Shown here: piece by piece, positions 1-8,363 of the stretch | Numbering within the stretch: position 1 is the stretch's first letter | Layout: each line of letters starts with the position of its first letter | Assembly (NCBI GenBank): GCA_964572175.1 | Contig: CAZNEH010000003.1 | Span: 7,488-68,384 of the forward strand | Reading direction: 5' to 3' | Source of the DNA: an uncultured Gammaproteobacteria bacterium | Lineage (GTDB): Bacteria > Patescibacteriota > Patescibacteriia > UBA9570 > CAZNEH01 | Length of the DNA stretch: 60,897 nt | Position numbers and translations under genes: made by a program | Notes under the pieces: model-generated | Seen by the model: the letters and a program-made list of their open reading frames with translations, nothing else | The model's database searches: none | What the model was told of the DNA's origin: nothing

Positions 1-1406
1 TTTTTTTTAGGTCTAAGCAATGGAAATAAAACACATTCACGAACTGGTTTATCCACAAAGAAAGCAAAGACACGTTCGGAAAGTCCAAATCCGCAAGTTG
101 GAGGCATAGCGTGTTTTAAGGCTTCGACAAATTCTTCATCGTGCATTTGGGCTTCGGCGTCTCCAGCTTCACGAAGTTTAGCTTGTTCTTCAAATCGTGA
201 TTCTTGATCAATGGGGTCGTTTAACTCGGAGTAGCCATTACCAAGCTCAGAGCCAGCAATAATAATTTGGAAACGTTCAACTAATTCTGGGTTATCTTCT
301 TTTCGTTTAGCTAAAGGTGAAACTTCAACTGGATGATTAATTAAGAAGGCTGGTCCAGCGATTTCTTTTCTAATTTGTTTCCATAAGTGATCGATCATTC
401 GGCCACGACCAATAATATCTTGGTCTAAGCACTTAGCTTTTATTTCTTTATCAGTAGCTTTTAAAATATCGATATCAAATTTTTCTTGGATGGCGGCTTT
501 GTAATCAATTATCCCCCACTCTTGATCTAGATCCACATCAAAGCCTTTGATTTTAAATTTAAGAGTGCCAAAAGTTTCTCCAAGTACTTTTTTATATAAT
601 TCTTCAGTTAGCTTCATGCCATCTTCGTAATTAGCATAAGCCATGTAGAACTCCATTTGGGTATAGTCTTGAAGGTGTTCAGCATCGATGCCTTCGTTTC
701 TAAATTGGCGGCCGATTTCAAAAGTTCGTTCTAGGCCAGCGACCATTAAACGTTTTTGCCAAAGTTCGCCCATAGAGATGCGGAGGTAAAGGTCGATGTC
801 TAAGGCGTTGTGATGAGTGGTAAATGGTTCAGCGTCGGCGCCGCCAGGAGTAGCTTCTAAGACAGGGGTTTCTACTTCTTGGAAATTGTTATCAATTAAA
901 AATTGACGCATGGTTTGCCAGAAAATAGTTTTTTTACGAAACATTTCTTGAAGCTCAGGGTTCATAGCTATGTCTAAATAGCGTTTTCGATATCTAGTTT
1001 CTTCGTCTTTGATGCCGTGCCATTTTTCTGGTAAAGGTTCTAAGGCTTTAGATAATAATTTAAAGTTTTCTACTAAAACAGAGTTTTCACCTTTTTTAGT
1101 AACAAAAGTTTGTCCGTGAATTTCAATAATGTCGCCACTGTCTATTTTTTTAAGGTTTTGGTTTTCAAAAACTAGTTGAATGGTTCCGGTTTTGTCTTGA
1201 AGTTTGCCAAAGGCTAATTTACCAAAAGATCTTAAAATCATTAAGCGTCCAGCCAGGATTAGGTCTTGACCTTCTAGTTTATCGAATTCATCTAAAATGT
1301 TTTTAGCAAAATGAGTTTGAGTTCCCTTAGAAGGATAAGGATTAGTTCCCTCTTCTTTTAATTTTTTTAGCTTATCCAGCCTCATTTGTTGTTCAGTTTG
1401 ACTCAT
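1..1406 (-). CDS. lysS: lysine--tRNA ligase (class II), 3' end runs off the window
   Basis: Own translation of the minus strand from ATG 1406: MSQTEQQMRLDKLKKLKEEGTNPYPSKG. It continues through LERTFEIGRQFRNE, AGSELGNGYSELNDP and AMPPTCGFGLSERV...LFPLLRPKK with no stop before position 1. It is absent from the ORF track because it is open at the window edge. Confidence 0.9.
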   Translation of the reverse strand, partial: MSQTEQQMRLDKLKKLKEEGTNPYPSKGTQTHFAKNILDEFDKLEGQDLILAGRLMILRSFGKLAFGKLQDKTGTIQLVFENQNLKKIDSGDIIEIHGQTFVTKKGENSVLVENFKLLSKALEPLPEKWHGIKDEETRYRKRYLDIAMNPELQEMFRKKTIFWQTMRQFLIDNNFQEVETPVLEATPGGADAEPFTTHHNALDIDLYLRISMGELWQKRLMVAGLERTFEIGRQFRNEGIDAEHLQDYTQMEFYMAYANYEDGMKLTEELYKKVLGETFGTLKFKIKGFDVDLDQEWGIIDYKAAIQEKFDIDILKATDKEIKAKCLDQDIIGRGRMIDHLWKQIRKEIAGPAFLINHPVEVSPLAKRKEDNPELVERFQIIIAGSELGNGYSELNDPIDQESRFEEQAKLREAGDAEAQMHDEEFVEALKHAMPPTCGFGLSERVFAFFVDKPVRECVLFPLLRPKK

Positions 1407-1478
1407 AGAATAAAAATTAGTTTGTGATTTATGAGGTGATTTTAACATAAAACATAAAAAAAATAAAGCCCTTGCAAC

Positions 1479-1508
1479 AAAAAACCGCGGGTACAGGGCC
1501 CCACGGTT
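1479..1508 (-). terminator. intrinsic terminator after greA (CCGCGGG-type hairpin)
   Basis: On the minus strand, hairpin ACCGTGGGGCCCTGTACCCGCGGT is followed by T6, 20 nt past the greA stop. Same hairpin family as 54964-54988 and 57428-57451. Confidence 0.6.
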
Positions 1509-1528
1509 ATTGATATATAGAAGTTGTA

Positions 1529-1999
1529 TTACTCAACAGATAAAATTTCGAATTTCATGACTCCGGCTGGAACTTGAACATCAACGGTGTCGCCTTTTTT
1601 AGCGCCTAGGAAAGATTGGCCCATTGGAGAGGCATTAGAGATTTTTCCTTCACTAGGATTTGCCTCAGAAGAGCCAACAATAGTATAAGTGAAATCTTTA
1701 CCCATTTTTTCGTTTTTAACCTTGATGGTAGAACCTACTTGAACTGCGCCGCCTTTTTTGGTTTTTTTAATAACTTCAACATTAAGAATCAGGTTGTCTA
1801 ATTCCATGATGCGTCGTTCAATAAAGCCTTGTTCGTCTTTAGCTTCTTGATATTCGGCGTTTTCAGATAAATCACCTAGTTCTTTAGCTTCTTTAATACG
1901 TTCGGCGATTTCCTTTCTTTTGGTTGTTTTTAGTTCGTTTAACTCCTGTTCTAGTCTTTTTAGACCTTCAGCAGTAACGTAGGTTGTATCGGCTGTCAT
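1529..1999 (-). CDS. greA: transcription elongation factor GreA
   Basis: 156 aa. N-terminal coiled coil (YVTAEGLKRLEQELNELK...LSENAEYQEAKDEQ) and C-terminal globular domain typical of GreA. Confidence 0.95.
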   Translation of the reverse strand: MTADTTYVTAEGLKRLEQELNELKTTKRKEIAERIKEAKELGDLSENAEYQEAKDEQGFIERRIMELDNLILNVEVIKKTKKGGAVQVGSTIKVKNEKMGKDFTYTIVGSSEANPSEGKISNASPMGQSFLGAKKGDTVDVQVPAGVMKFEILSVE

Positions 2000-2144
2000 A
2001 TAGTTGTGTTGAGACGAGGCATGCCTCGTCTTTACTTATTTTTTTGATTAATACAATACCAGCTAACGATTTTGTAGTTATTTGTAATTTTAATTTAAAG
2101 TTTATTTAAAGGTGTAAAACGCTTTTTAAGAATTGGTATTACTC

Positions 2145-2173
2145 ATCTTAATATAGATTGCTATTTGTGTCAA
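2145..2173 (-). promoter_or_regulatory. sigma70-type promoter for greA
   Basis: Minus strand TTGACA (2168-2173), 17 nt spacer, TAAGAT (2145-2150). It lies directly downstream of the cassette terminator and implies a greA leader of about 140 nt. Confidence 0.5.
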
Positions 2174-2181
2174 CCCCTAAT

Positions 2182-2229
2182 AAAAAAAGCGCCCAGGCCA
2201 AGTATCGAAGTACGAGGCGAGGGCTTGGT
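2182..2229 (-). terminator. intrinsic terminator of GC-rich cassette 1c
   Basis: GC-rich imperfect hairpin (GCCCTCGCC...GGCCTGGGC on the minus strand) followed by T7. Near-identical copy at 2924-2974. Confidence 0.6.
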
Positions 2230-2865
2230 CTAGGGGTGGCTGCCGTAGAGGGTCTGGATATTGATTCCTCGGCGTTCGGGGTACAGGAGCCAGATGTGGC
2301 GGATGACCTGGCGGCTGACCGGGTTGGATTCTTCGATCCGGGGGTGGTAGCTCACCAGCTTGACCCAGGCTTGTTCTCCGTCGCGAACTAGCTCTGGAGC
2401 TTCGGCGAAGACTCGGTGCTGGCCGTCTGGACCACGGTGGGTGGTCATGGGGAAGACGCGGTGAGCCATCTGGATGAACTGGCAGGCTCGCCACAGGCCG
2501 GGGTTGACATCGATGGATCCAGTTGTGTCCTTGTCATCGATGTGGTAGTTGATGCCCTGGTGATCTTGGGAAATCTGCTCGATCTGGCGGCGAAGACGGC
2601 GGATGCCCGAGGATCCGGTAGGGCCAGCCAGGACCAGGGTGGTCTGGTTGGGTTCGGTCTCGAAGCTGACGACCTGGTAGTCGGGGTGGCACTGGACCAC
2701 GACGTCGGCGGCCATGTAGTAGTCGCGCTTGAAGTTCCAGGGGTCTTCGGGGGAGACTCGGTGCCAGGAGCCGGTGAAGACGATGGTGACCAGGGTGAGA
2801 CCACTTTCGGACTGAAGAGTCTCGGGCTGGTTGGGAATGCGGATGGAACGAACGATGTAGGGCAT
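2230..2865 (-). CDS. GC-rich cassette protein of unknown family, paralog A (211 aa)
   Basis: Start moved to ATG 2865 (MPYIVRSIRIPNQ), 4 nt after AAGGAGG. The longer track ORF (to 2943) would read through its own promoter. It shares the blocks HRVFPMTTHRGPD.QHRVF and LVSYHP.IE..NPVSRQ with 2975-3622. No family recognised. Confidence 0.75.
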   Translation of the reverse strand: MPYIVRSIRIPNQPETLQSESGLTLVTIVFTGSWHRVSPEDPWNFKRDYYMAADVVVQCHPDYQVVSFETEPNQTTLVLAGPTGSSGIRRLRRQIEQISQDHQGINYHIDDKDTTGSIDVNPGLWRACQFIQMAHRVFPMTTHRGPDGQHRVFAEAPELVRDGEQAWVKLVSYHPRIEESNPVSRQVIRHIWLLYPERRGINIQTLYGSHP

Positions 2866-2891
2866 GAAGCCTCCTTGTGGGTTGTGGTCAT

Positions 2892-2919
2892 ACCTTACTA
2901 TAAATAATAATAATGTCAA
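2892..2919 (-). promoter_or_regulatory. promoter of cassette 1c
   Basis: Minus strand TTGACA (2914-2919), 16 nt spacer, TAAGGT (2892-2897). An AT-rich stretch between two GC-rich ORFs. Confidence 0.6.
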
Positions 2920-2923
2920 ATAT

Positions 2924-2974
2924 AAAAAAAGCGCCCAGGCCAAGTACCGTGAGGGTACGAGGCGAGGGCTTGGG
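2924..2974 (-). terminator. intrinsic terminator of cassette 1b
   Basis: Same GC hairpin plus T7 as 2182-2229. It begins right after the stop at 2975. Confidence 0.6.
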
Positions 2975-3622
2975 CTAGAAGCGACCGCTGTAGAAGGTGC
3001 GAACTTCGAACTGCATCTGATCGTGTCTGGGGGGCTCGATGAGTCTGATCTGGCGTCGGAGTTGGCGGCTGACCGGGTTGGCTTTCTCGATCTGGGGGTG
3101 GTAGCTCACCAGCTCGAGGCTGACCAGGTCGGGGCGCGGCAGTTCCGGGACCTTGCTGAAGACGCGGTGTTGGGCGTCCGGACCGCGGTGCGTGGTCATG
3201 GGGAAGACGCGGTGGATCATGATGATGAACTTGGCGGCTTCCTTCAGGCCAGGGTGTTCTTCGATGGATCCGGCGTGTCTCTGTGCCTGTACCTCGGGGG
3301 TGACGCCGTCGTGATCGCGGATGATCTGGTAGACCTTTTGCTGGAAGCGTCGGAGGGCGGACGAATCTTGGGATTCCGTGGCCAGGACCAGGGTGGTCTG
3401 ACTAGCGTTGCCCTCGAAGCTGATGACCCGGAACTCGGGGTAGCACTGGATGACCACGTCTGCGCCAGCGTAGTAGCTGGGGTGCCAGTCCTCGGCTGAG
3501 TCGTTGGTCGGGTCGGACTGGTTGCTGGTGAAGACAACAGTGACCAGAGTCAGCATGCCGGACTCGGACTTGTAGATCTGAGGCTTGGCGGTGATGCTGA
3601 GGGAGTGCGTGACGGTGGGCAT
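2975..3622 (-). CDS. GC-rich cassette protein of unknown family, paralog B (215 aa)
   Basis: Start moved to ATG 3622 (MPTVTHSLSITAK), 4 nt after AAGGAGG. By-eye alignment to 2230-2865 gives somewhat under half identical residues. Confidence 0.75.
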   Translation of the reverse strand: MPTVTHSLSITAKPQIYKSESGMLTLVTVVFTSNQSDPTNDSAEDWHPSYYAGADVVIQCYPEFRVISFEGNASQTTLVLATESQDSSALRRFQQKVYQIIRDHDGVTPEVQAQRHAGSIEEHPGLKEAAKFIIMIHRVFPMTTHRGPDAQHRVFSKVPELPRPDLVSLELVSYHPQIEKANPVSRQLRRQIRLIEPPRHDQMQFEVRTFYSGRF

Positions 3623-3648
3623 GGGGCCTCCTTGTAGGTTGTGATAGT

Positions 3649-3676
3649 ACCTTACTATAAATAAGAATAATGTCAA
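3649..3676 (-). promoter_or_regulatory. promoter of cassette 1b
   Basis: Minus strand TTGACA (3671-3676), 16 nt spacer, TAAGGT (3649-3654). Confidence 0.6.
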
Positions 3677-3680
3677 ATAT

Positions 3681-3730
3681 AAAAAAAGCGCCCTGGGGTT
3701 GTACCGAAGTACAGGGGTCCCAGGGACTTG
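3681..3730 (-). terminator. intrinsic terminator of cassette 1a
   Basis: Minus strand long hairpin CCCTGGGACCCCTGTAC-TTCG-GTACAACCCCAGGG followed by CGC and T7. Confidence 0.6.
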
Positions 3731-3782
3731 GGGCGCGCCAGGTGTGGCGCTAAGCGTTCGTTCTTGTTCTAGGGGTCAGCAG

Positions 3783-4970
3783 CTAGGCCGGGACCCAGAT
3801 GCCGTCGCGGACCACGATCTCCTGCTGGTCGAAGAACACGCGCTTGCCGCAGCCGCCGGGGCGGAAGTCGATCACCACGTCCACGTGCTGCTTGGAGTCG
3901 TTGTACACGCCCTCATCCTTGAGCTGCTTGATGCGGGCCTTGGCTTCCGCGCTCTCGTCGTCGCCGACGAAGGAGTAGGTGTAGCTTTCTCCGATGGCGA
4001 TGTGCAGGGTGCCGCCGACCTTCTCCACGAACAGGGGGTGCTTGAGGACGCGCTTGATGTGGGGGTTCATGCCCAGGGCGATCTCACCCAGACGATGGGA
4101 GCCCTCGTCGGTCTCGATGATCGAGGTGAGCTCGTCCATGCCCTGATCGGCCTTGTACTCCACGATCTTGCCGTCCACGAAGCGCAGGTAGATGCCCTGG
4201 ATGTCGGTGCCGGAGAAGTGGACGGGCAGGTCGACGAAGATCTCGCCTTCGACCGTGTTGGCGTCGGGGCTGGTGAAGATCTCGCCGTCGATCCAGTTCT
4301 TCTCGCCGGTGCACATGTAGCCCTTGCCCTGAGCGATGCTCATGGTGAGGGTGAGCTCGCGACCATCCGGATGCTCGGTGACGATGGTGACCTGGGAGGC
4401 CTCGTCGAAGAGCGGCTTGAGGGTCTTCTGGGGTTCGACCAGGATGTTGGGGTCCATGGTGGCTGCGGAGACCAGGAAGTCGGAGTACTCCTGAAGATCC
4501 ATGCCTTCCATGTCGGCGAAGCCCTGGGTCGGGAACAGGGTCAGAGTCCAGGGCTTGACCTTGAGGATGTCGCTGAGCCGCTTGTAGGCGGTCATGATCG
4601 CGGCAGTCCTCTCGGCCGGGAGTCCGGCGTAGAGCGAGGGGTCTTCCGAGCCCAGGACTTCGATGTACTTGTCGGCCCTCTCCCAGCGCTTGATCATGTA
4701 CTCCGGGGTTTCTTCGAGGGTCTCGAGGGGCAGGATGCGAGCGGCGGTGCCGGACCAGACGCGGGAGCGCTCCAGGTCGGGCGGGCAGAGGTAGATGTCC
4801 GGGATGCCGCCGGCTTCGAGAACCCTGTCCTGAAGGGCGCTCATCAGATCCCAGCAGCCGTATTCGCCGCGGATCATGATGACCTGGCCGGGCTCGACGC
4901 CTCCGATGCTGTGGTTGATGATGATGTCGGTCCAGGCGTTGAGGGCTTCGGGGCTGATGGTGGGCTGCAT
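3783..4970 (-). CDS. M29-family aminopeptidase (AmpS/PepS/aminopeptidase T type), GC-rich
   Basis: 395 aa. Family blocks recognised: GEIFTSP..VEGEIF, ETDEGSHRLGEIALGMN, VEKVGGTLHIAIGESY and HVDVVIDF. GGAGG lies 9 nt before ATG 4970. Confidence 0.8.
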   Translation of the reverse strand: MQPTISPEALNAWTDIIINHSIGGVEPGQVIMIRGEYGCWDLMSALQDRVLEAGGIPDIYLCPPDLERSRVWSGTAARILPLETLEETPEYMIKRWERADKYIEVLGSEDPSLYAGLPAERTAAIMTAYKRLSDILKVKPWTLTLFPTQGFADMEGMDLQEYSDFLVSAATMDPNILVEPQKTLKPLFDEASQVTIVTEHPDGRELTLTMSIAQGKGYMCTGEKNWIDGEIFTSPDANTVEGEIFVDLPVHFSGTDIQGIYLRFVDGKIVEYKADQGMDELTSIIETDEGSHRLGEIALGMNPHIKRVLKHPLFVEKVGGTLHIAIGESYTYSFVGDDESAEAKARIKQLKDEGVYNDSKQHVDVVIDFRPGGCGKRVFFDQQEIVVRDGIWVPA

Positions 4971-5066
4971 GGTGACAGGCCTCCGTTGGATGTGTCCCCC
5001 CTGAAGGAGACGGGTGGTTGAAGAACGAAAAGAGAGAGGCTCGGAAGCCTTCCTCTTTTACGCGGT

Positions 5067-5096
5067 TAGGTTATAAGAAAATGGGTATTTTGTCAA
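5067..5096 (-). promoter_or_regulatory. promoter of cassette 1a
   Basis: Minus strand TTGACA (5091-5096). The best -10 is TAACCT (5067-5072) at 18 nt. The -10 assignment is less certain than for the other cassettes. The leader is about 90 nt. Confidence 0.45.
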
Positions 5097-5100
5097 TATA

Positions 5101-5149
5101 AAAAAGCTCCCTCTCCACGGAGGTGGAGAGGGCGGGGGGAGAGGAGGGA
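5101..5149 (-). terminator. terminator after mrdA; copy A of the CCCTCTCCAC repeat
   Basis: Minus strand TCCTCTCCCCCCG-CCCTCTCCAC-CTCC-GTGGAGAGGG-AGC followed by a T-run. It matches the inverted copy at 24379-24425 at about 41 of 42 positions. Confidence 0.65.
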
Positions 5150-7093
5150 TTATCGAGTGTAATAATAATTTAGCATTTCTCGAGCAACTGGCAGGGCAGC
5201 GTCGGTACCGCCGCCAGCTTCTTCAACTAAAACAGTGATGACAATTTCAGGGCTATCGTATGGAGCAAAGCAAGTAAACCAAGAATGAGTTCGGTCTGTG
5301 CCAGGGGCTTGAGCAGTCCCGGTTTTTCCACCAGAAGAAACAGGTAAAGATTGCATCATTTGGCTAGATCCAGAAGCCACGGCTTGTCCCATTCCTTCTT
5401 TAACTACTTGGACATTATAAGAGTTAAGAAAATCTTTGTTCAAGACTTCAGGTTCATTATGCTGAACAACTTCGTTGTACTCGTTATTGATGGATCTTAA
5501 TAAGTGAGGTTTGTATAAAATTCCGCCGTTAGCAAAAACAGAAGTAGTGGCGGCAATATGTAAAGGAGTGACTAAAGCGTCACCTTGGCCAATAGCATAA
5601 TGATAAGTGTCACCGATATACCACATCTCACCTTTAACTTCTTCTTTCCATTCTTTAGTTGGTAGAAACCCGGATTTTTCACCAGGTAGGTCGATGCCTA
5701 AGGCTTGGTCAATATAAAATTCTTTAGCGTATTGATTAATTTTATCTACGCCCAGGCCTCCTTCGATCTCTCTTTCTTCTTCATTATAAATTCCACCGCC
5801 GGCAACATAAAAATAAGTGTTGACTGATTCAGCAATGGCTTTACGCACATCAGTGGCACCGTGTCCCCCGCCTTTCCAATCTGGGAACCACCAATCGCCA
5901 ATGCGAATTCCACCAGTCGAGCTAATTGTTGTAGAAGGAGTAACTTCGCCTTCTTCTAGGGCTGCGGCGGCAACGATTAATTTAAAGGTTGATCCTGGTG
6001 GATAAGTTCCACCAAAGGCGCGGTTAAAAAGAGGCTTGTTTTCATTTTCTAGTAAGGCAGAATATTCTTCTTGCGTTAAGCCTTGAATAAATTTGTTGTT
6101 ATCATAAGAAGGTAGGGTAGCGATGGTTAAAATTTCACCAGTGCGTGGGTCCATGGCGATAACTATTCCGCCTGGAGCTTGGGTTTTTTCAATATAGCTT
6201 TGTAAAGACTCAGTAGCTTTTTGCTGTAAGCCTAAGTCTAAGCCAAGAACAAGGTTTTTTCCAGGAGCTTGTTTTTTTTCAGCTACTACTTCTTTTTCCT
6301 TGCCTTGGGAGTTAACTTCGATTTGTTTTTTACCGTCTTCTCCTTTAAGGAGGTCCTCATAAGTGTATTCTAAGCCAGCTTTTCCTAAATAATCAGTCAT
6401 AAGGTATTCTCCTAGGCCTTCTTCCAGTTCTTGTTCGTCTATTTTGCCGATATAGCCCATAAATGGAGACATGCTTTGAGGATGAAGGTATTCACGAATA
6501 GCGGCTGTTTTTAGCTCGATTCCAGGCCATTCTCTGGCTGCAGAGATTAGAACTAAAGCTTGTTCATAAGGAAGTTGTTCTAAAAGAGTGTAAGTTTGAT
6601 AAGTGCTAGAAGGAACTTCGGAAATTTTTTGTTTTATTTCTTCTTTAGAGATCTTAGTGATTTGATTGATTTCAGAAATTATTATTTCTTGCTTTTGTTC
6701 GTCTGAAGGAAAATCTTGAGGAGAAATATTTAACATGAAGTTAGGAATGTTTTTTACCAATGGCTCTTGATTGCGATCGTAAATAATTCCTCGACTAGCT
6801 TTAGTAGTTTGGATGCGTAAACGGTTTTCTTCAGCTACTGCTCTATAATGATCTCCGGCTGAGATTTGTAAATAAAATAATCTAATAAATAAAATAGCTA
6901 AACAAGTAGCAATAAAAATTCCTAAGTAGTTGGCTTTTTTTAAATTAACGCCTAATCTAGAAAAACGGGCCTTAAAAGACGTTGACGAATCGATAATGTC
7001 TACTGTTTTTTTCTCATAATCTGTATTGATTTTTTCAGGACTAGATTGAGAATATATTTCAAAGGGATTTTTGGAGCTCATAACGATTAACAA
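5150..7093 (-). CDS. mrdA: penicillin-binding protein 2 (elongasome transpeptidase)
   Basis: 647 aa with an N-terminal TM anchor. Motifs: SxxK (PGSTFKL), SxN (AESVNTY) and KTG (GGKTGTA). It follows mreBCD. Confidence 0.9.
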   Translation of the reverse strand: MLIVMSSKNPFEIYSQSSPEKINTDYEKKTVDIIDSSTSFKARFSRLGVNLKKANYLGIFIATCLAILFIRLFYLQISAGDHYRAVAEENRLRIQTTKASRGIIYDRNQEPLVKNIPNFMLNISPQDFPSDEQKQEIIISEINQITKISKEEIKQKISEVPSSTYQTYTLLEQLPYEQALVLISAAREWPGIELKTAAIREYLHPQSMSPFMGYIGKIDEQELEEGLGEYLMTDYLGKAGLEYTYEDLLKGEDGKKQIEVNSQGKEKEVVAEKKQAPGKNLVLGLDLGLQQKATESLQSYIEKTQAPGGIVIAMDPRTGEILTIATLPSYDNNKFIQGLTQEEYSALLENENKPLFNRAFGGTYPPGSTFKLIVAAAALEEGEVTPSTTISSTGGIRIGDWWFPDWKGGGHGATDVRKAIAESVNTYFYVAGGGIYNEEEREIEGGLGVDKINQYAKEFYIDQALGIDLPGEKSGFLPTKEWKEEVKGEMWYIGDTYHYAIGQGDALVTPLHIAATTSVFANGGILYKPHLLRSINNEYNEVVQHNEPEVLNKDFLNSYNVQVVKEGMGQAVASGSSQMMQSLPVSSGGKTGTAQAPGTDRTHSWFTCFAPYDSPEIVITVLVEEAGGGTDAALPVAREMLNYYYTR

Positions 7094-7559
7094 CTAAGGC
7101 TAAGATAAGTATATTTATAATTAATTGCAAAATAAATTCTTTCCAAGACCAAGGAGAAAAATAATTACTTAGATTTATTAAGTAAATTATTTTAGTAGAT
7201 AAGTAAATAAATAAATTAAATAAAATTGTTCCTAAGGCAACTAGACTTAAAAAAGAAAATAAAGAATAATGAGTTAAAATATGCTTTAGTAATAAATAAG
7301 GTAAGAAGATGGCTAGAGTAAAAGCAATTAAATAAATACCAAAAGGAAATTGAGAAAATAGATCAAAGATTAGGCCAGCGCTTAAAACATAAAGAAGTAA
7401 ATAATAAGGAGAAAAAATTAATAAGAAAGCAAATAATATTATCAGAACTAAATTAAAATAACTTTGCATCCATAAGGAGTTGTTTAAAAAACTGATTTGA
7501 AAAATAATTAATCCTAAAAAAGCAAGGTATAAAAATATTTTTAGGTAAATTAGTTTCAT
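7059..7559 (-). CDS. mreD: rod shape-determining protein MreD (polytopic membrane protein)
   Basis: 166 aa and very hydrophobic. The call rests mainly on its position between mreC and mrdA. Confidence 0.6.
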   Translation of the reverse strand: MKLIYLKIFLYLAFLGLIIFQISFLNNSLWMQSYFNLVLIILFAFLLIFSPYYLLLYVLSAGLIFDLFSQFPFGIYLIAFTLAIFLPYLLLKHILTHYSLFSFLSLVALGTILFNLFIYLSTKIIYLINLSNYFSPWSWKEFILQLIINILILALVVNRYELQKSL

Positions 7560-7565
7560 ATAATC

Positions 7566-8357
7566 TTAAGAAGGAAGAATTATATTAACCACGTCTACTT
7601 GGCGTAGATCAAATAAGATGTTTAGAATTGCAGTTTGCCAAAGTTCGCCTGGAGGGTTATCTATTTTTTCTATTTCTCCGACAATCAATCCAGCTGGAAT
7701 ATTTTCTTCTAAGCCAGCAGTGACGACTATTTCTTGCTCTTGAATTTCTTCGGTTTTAGGAATTAATTCTAGGTTTAAACTAAGGCCATGTTGGCCACGA
7801 GTGATACCAGCAGCGTTTTCTTTTTCTTGGACTTTGGCAGTGAATTGGCAAAAGTTGTCTGTGGTTAATACTACGGTAGCTCTATTTTTTTCAACGCTGT
7901 CTATTTTACCGATTAAGTATCCTTTTTCAACAATAACTGCTAAGCCCTCAACTAAGCCTTGGTCAGAGCCTTGATTTATAATTAATGATTGAGAGGCTTG
8001 GTCGGTAGATTGAGCGATAATGCGAGCTGGAACAGAGTTGTATTCTTTTTCTTCAATGTACTTTAATTGTTCGTTTAATTCTTGATACTCATCAACTAAG
8101 CTTTTTAATTTATTATTTTCATTAAGAAGTTGAGTTATTCTTTGGCTTAGTTCTTTGTTTTCTTCTTTTAATTCTTCTAAATTTTGCTCTTGTTCTTTGT
8201 TGAATATTTTTTGGCTTAGATTATAAAGAGGCTGTTGAATGGGCTTGGTTACACTAAAAAATGCATTTTCAAAAGGCCCTAATAATCCAAAGTTATGAGC
8301 TAATATTAAGACTATAATTATTAATAGAACTATGATTGATGGTTTTATGAATTTCAT
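7566..8357 (-). CDS. mreC: rod shape-determining protein MreC
   Basis: 263 aa with an N-terminal TM, a coiled coil (LEELKEENKELSQRITQLLNENNKLK) and a beta-rich C-terminal domain. It lies downstream of mreB. Confidence 0.85.
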   Translation of the reverse strand: MKFIKPSIIVLLIIIVLILAHNFGLLGPFENAFFSVTKPIQQPLYNLSQKIFNKEQEQNLEELKEENKELSQRITQLLNENNKLKSLVDEYQELNEQLKYIEEKEYNSVPARIIAQSTDQASQSLIINQGSDQGLVEGLAVIVEKGYLIGKIDSVEKNRATVVLTTDNFCQFTAKVQEKENAAGITRGQHGLSLNLELIPKTEEIQEQEIVVTAGLEENIPAGLIVGEIEKIDNPPGELWQTAILNILFDLRQVDVVNIILPS

Positions 8358-8363
8358 CAGTCT

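Noticed and set aside
2866-3676. N-terminal extensions of the two patch-1 paralogs (track ORFs reaching 2943 and 3676).
   Set aside because: The extensions translate the AT-rich promoter/leader (LFIVRY.HN.QGG in both). The internal ATGs sit 4 nt after AAGGAGG.
3699-5021. A 440-aa plus-strand ORF, plus ORFs 2158-2391, 2177-2494, 2416-2907, 2445-2891, 2864-3499, 3244-3537 and 4084-4314, all inside GC-rich patch 1.
   Set aside because: These are the long stop-free off-frames expected in ~63% GC DNA. Their products are low-complexity (Gly/Ala/Asp/Val or Pro/Arg/Ser runs). They have no SD or promoter. They overlap ORFs that have recognisable family motifs (M29) or paralog conservation together with SD, promoter and terminator.
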